A stretch of DNA of 61,808 nucleotides, the filler included. It is 4 parts of 4 records of this genome, joined end to end, with 100 filler letters (N's around TTAATTAATTAA, not from the genome) between each part and the next. Parts side by side here need not be neighbours in the genome. Positions count along the whole stretch, not along the records: positions 49,002 to 61,808 come from SRR31156797_751; 3 more parts are not named here. One strand, 5' to 3'. Below, one piece after another: positions 61,443 to 61,808 of this stretch. Under the pieces are notes generated by a model, which did no database searches, was not told the origin of the DNA, and worked only from the letters and a program-made list of their open reading frames with translations. A program made the translations under genes and the position numbers. How positions within the stretch are numbered: the stretch's first letter is position 1; every line of letters starts with the position of its first letter.

Positions 61443-61808
61443 ATGGCACGAAAAGAAAATATGGTAAAATTAATATGTATTCTATTTTGGGTTTTGATAC
61501 CGAATAGTTCTTTACCAGCCAGTGATAATATTCCTTGGAGCAGCAGGCATTTTCCCAATGCGCCAAGGATTTCAGCAGAACAGGCCCTTAGTCTTAAAAA
61601 CGCCGGTCAAAAAATGGTAATCATTGATGTGCCTTGGTCACAGCAAGGCTTTAAAAAATCACATATTTGCGGGGCAATCCCAATGAGGATTGATGTAAAG
61701 AAGATGGACCGGTTGATAAAAAAAATACCAAAAGATTATATTATTTTATCGTATTGAAAATGACCAAGTGAAGAAAATAGCGCCCGTGTGGTTGCTAGAG
61801 CTTTAATG
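61443..61808 (+). CDS. Exported rhodanese-like protein, probable selenoprotein with UxU active site; continues past the window end
   Basis: GGGGGAG RBS, signal-peptide-like N-terminus, PRISAEQA...IIDV...HICGAI...IPKD.II.Y-TGA-K-TGA-PSEENSARVV. Confidence 0.8.
61778..61797 (+). promoter_or_regulatory. Candidate bacterial SECIS hairpin
   Basis: TAGC-GCC-[CGTGT]-GG-TT-GCTA: 7-bp stem with a bulged U and G at loop position 2; loop starts 21 nt after the second TGA. Confidence 0.55.

Noticed and set aside
61755-61763. The two TGAs as a pseudogene or as an alternative genetic code (TGA = Trp/Gly)
   Set aside because: Neighbouring genes in the same contig end in TGA and use TGG for Trp. Two independent nonsense changes landing exactly on both catalytic Cys positions is less parsimonious than Sec, though not formally excluded.
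1-61808. CRISPR arrays, tRNA/rRNA genes, transposases, integrases
   Set aside because: None recognised by eye. No regularly spaced 25-45-nt repeats were seen and intergenic spaces are short; a covariance-model scan was not run.

Overview
The window is not one locus. It is four unrelated contigs joined by identical 100-nt linkers (N44-TTAATTAATTAA-N44) at 20949-21048, 36734-36833 and 48902-49001. Segment 1 (1-20948, AT-rich, Bacteroidota-like) is mostly housekeeping: radC, upp, folK, sppA, lptB, a LolC/E permease, NamZ, an aminotransferase, valS and an ABC-F. It also holds a GNAT-deacetylase-GNAT operon, a surface lipoprotein bracketed by a duplicated terminator, and a stand-alone homing-endonuclease-associated-repeat protein. 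Segment 2 (21049-36733, very AT-rich, Campylobacterota/Arcobacter-like) has a TetR-led operon with one TolC and two MFP/RND pairs, a Cache two-component system and a multi-Venus-flytrap sensor. Segment 3 (36834-48901, higher GC, Desulfobacterota-like) has a sigma-54 two-component system divergent from an operon of an atypical CX8CX2C radical SAM enzyme, hydantoinase/oxoprolinase A and B, and a three-subunit xanthine-dehydrogenase-family Mo enzyme. This is a candidate new anaerobic N-heterocycle degradation pathway. Segment 4 (49002-61808, Desulfobacterota-like) is a PEP-CTERM/exosortase A exopolysaccharide locus with a lyase, ThiF, AsnB-like, acyltransferase and DegT genes. It ends in a secreted rhodanese-fold gene whose active-site CxC is encoded TGA-AAA-TGA and is followed by a SECIS-like hairpin, so it is a probable double-selenocysteine (UxU) protein that the ORF track truncates. 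Taxonomy and family calls come from motif recognition only; no searches were run.
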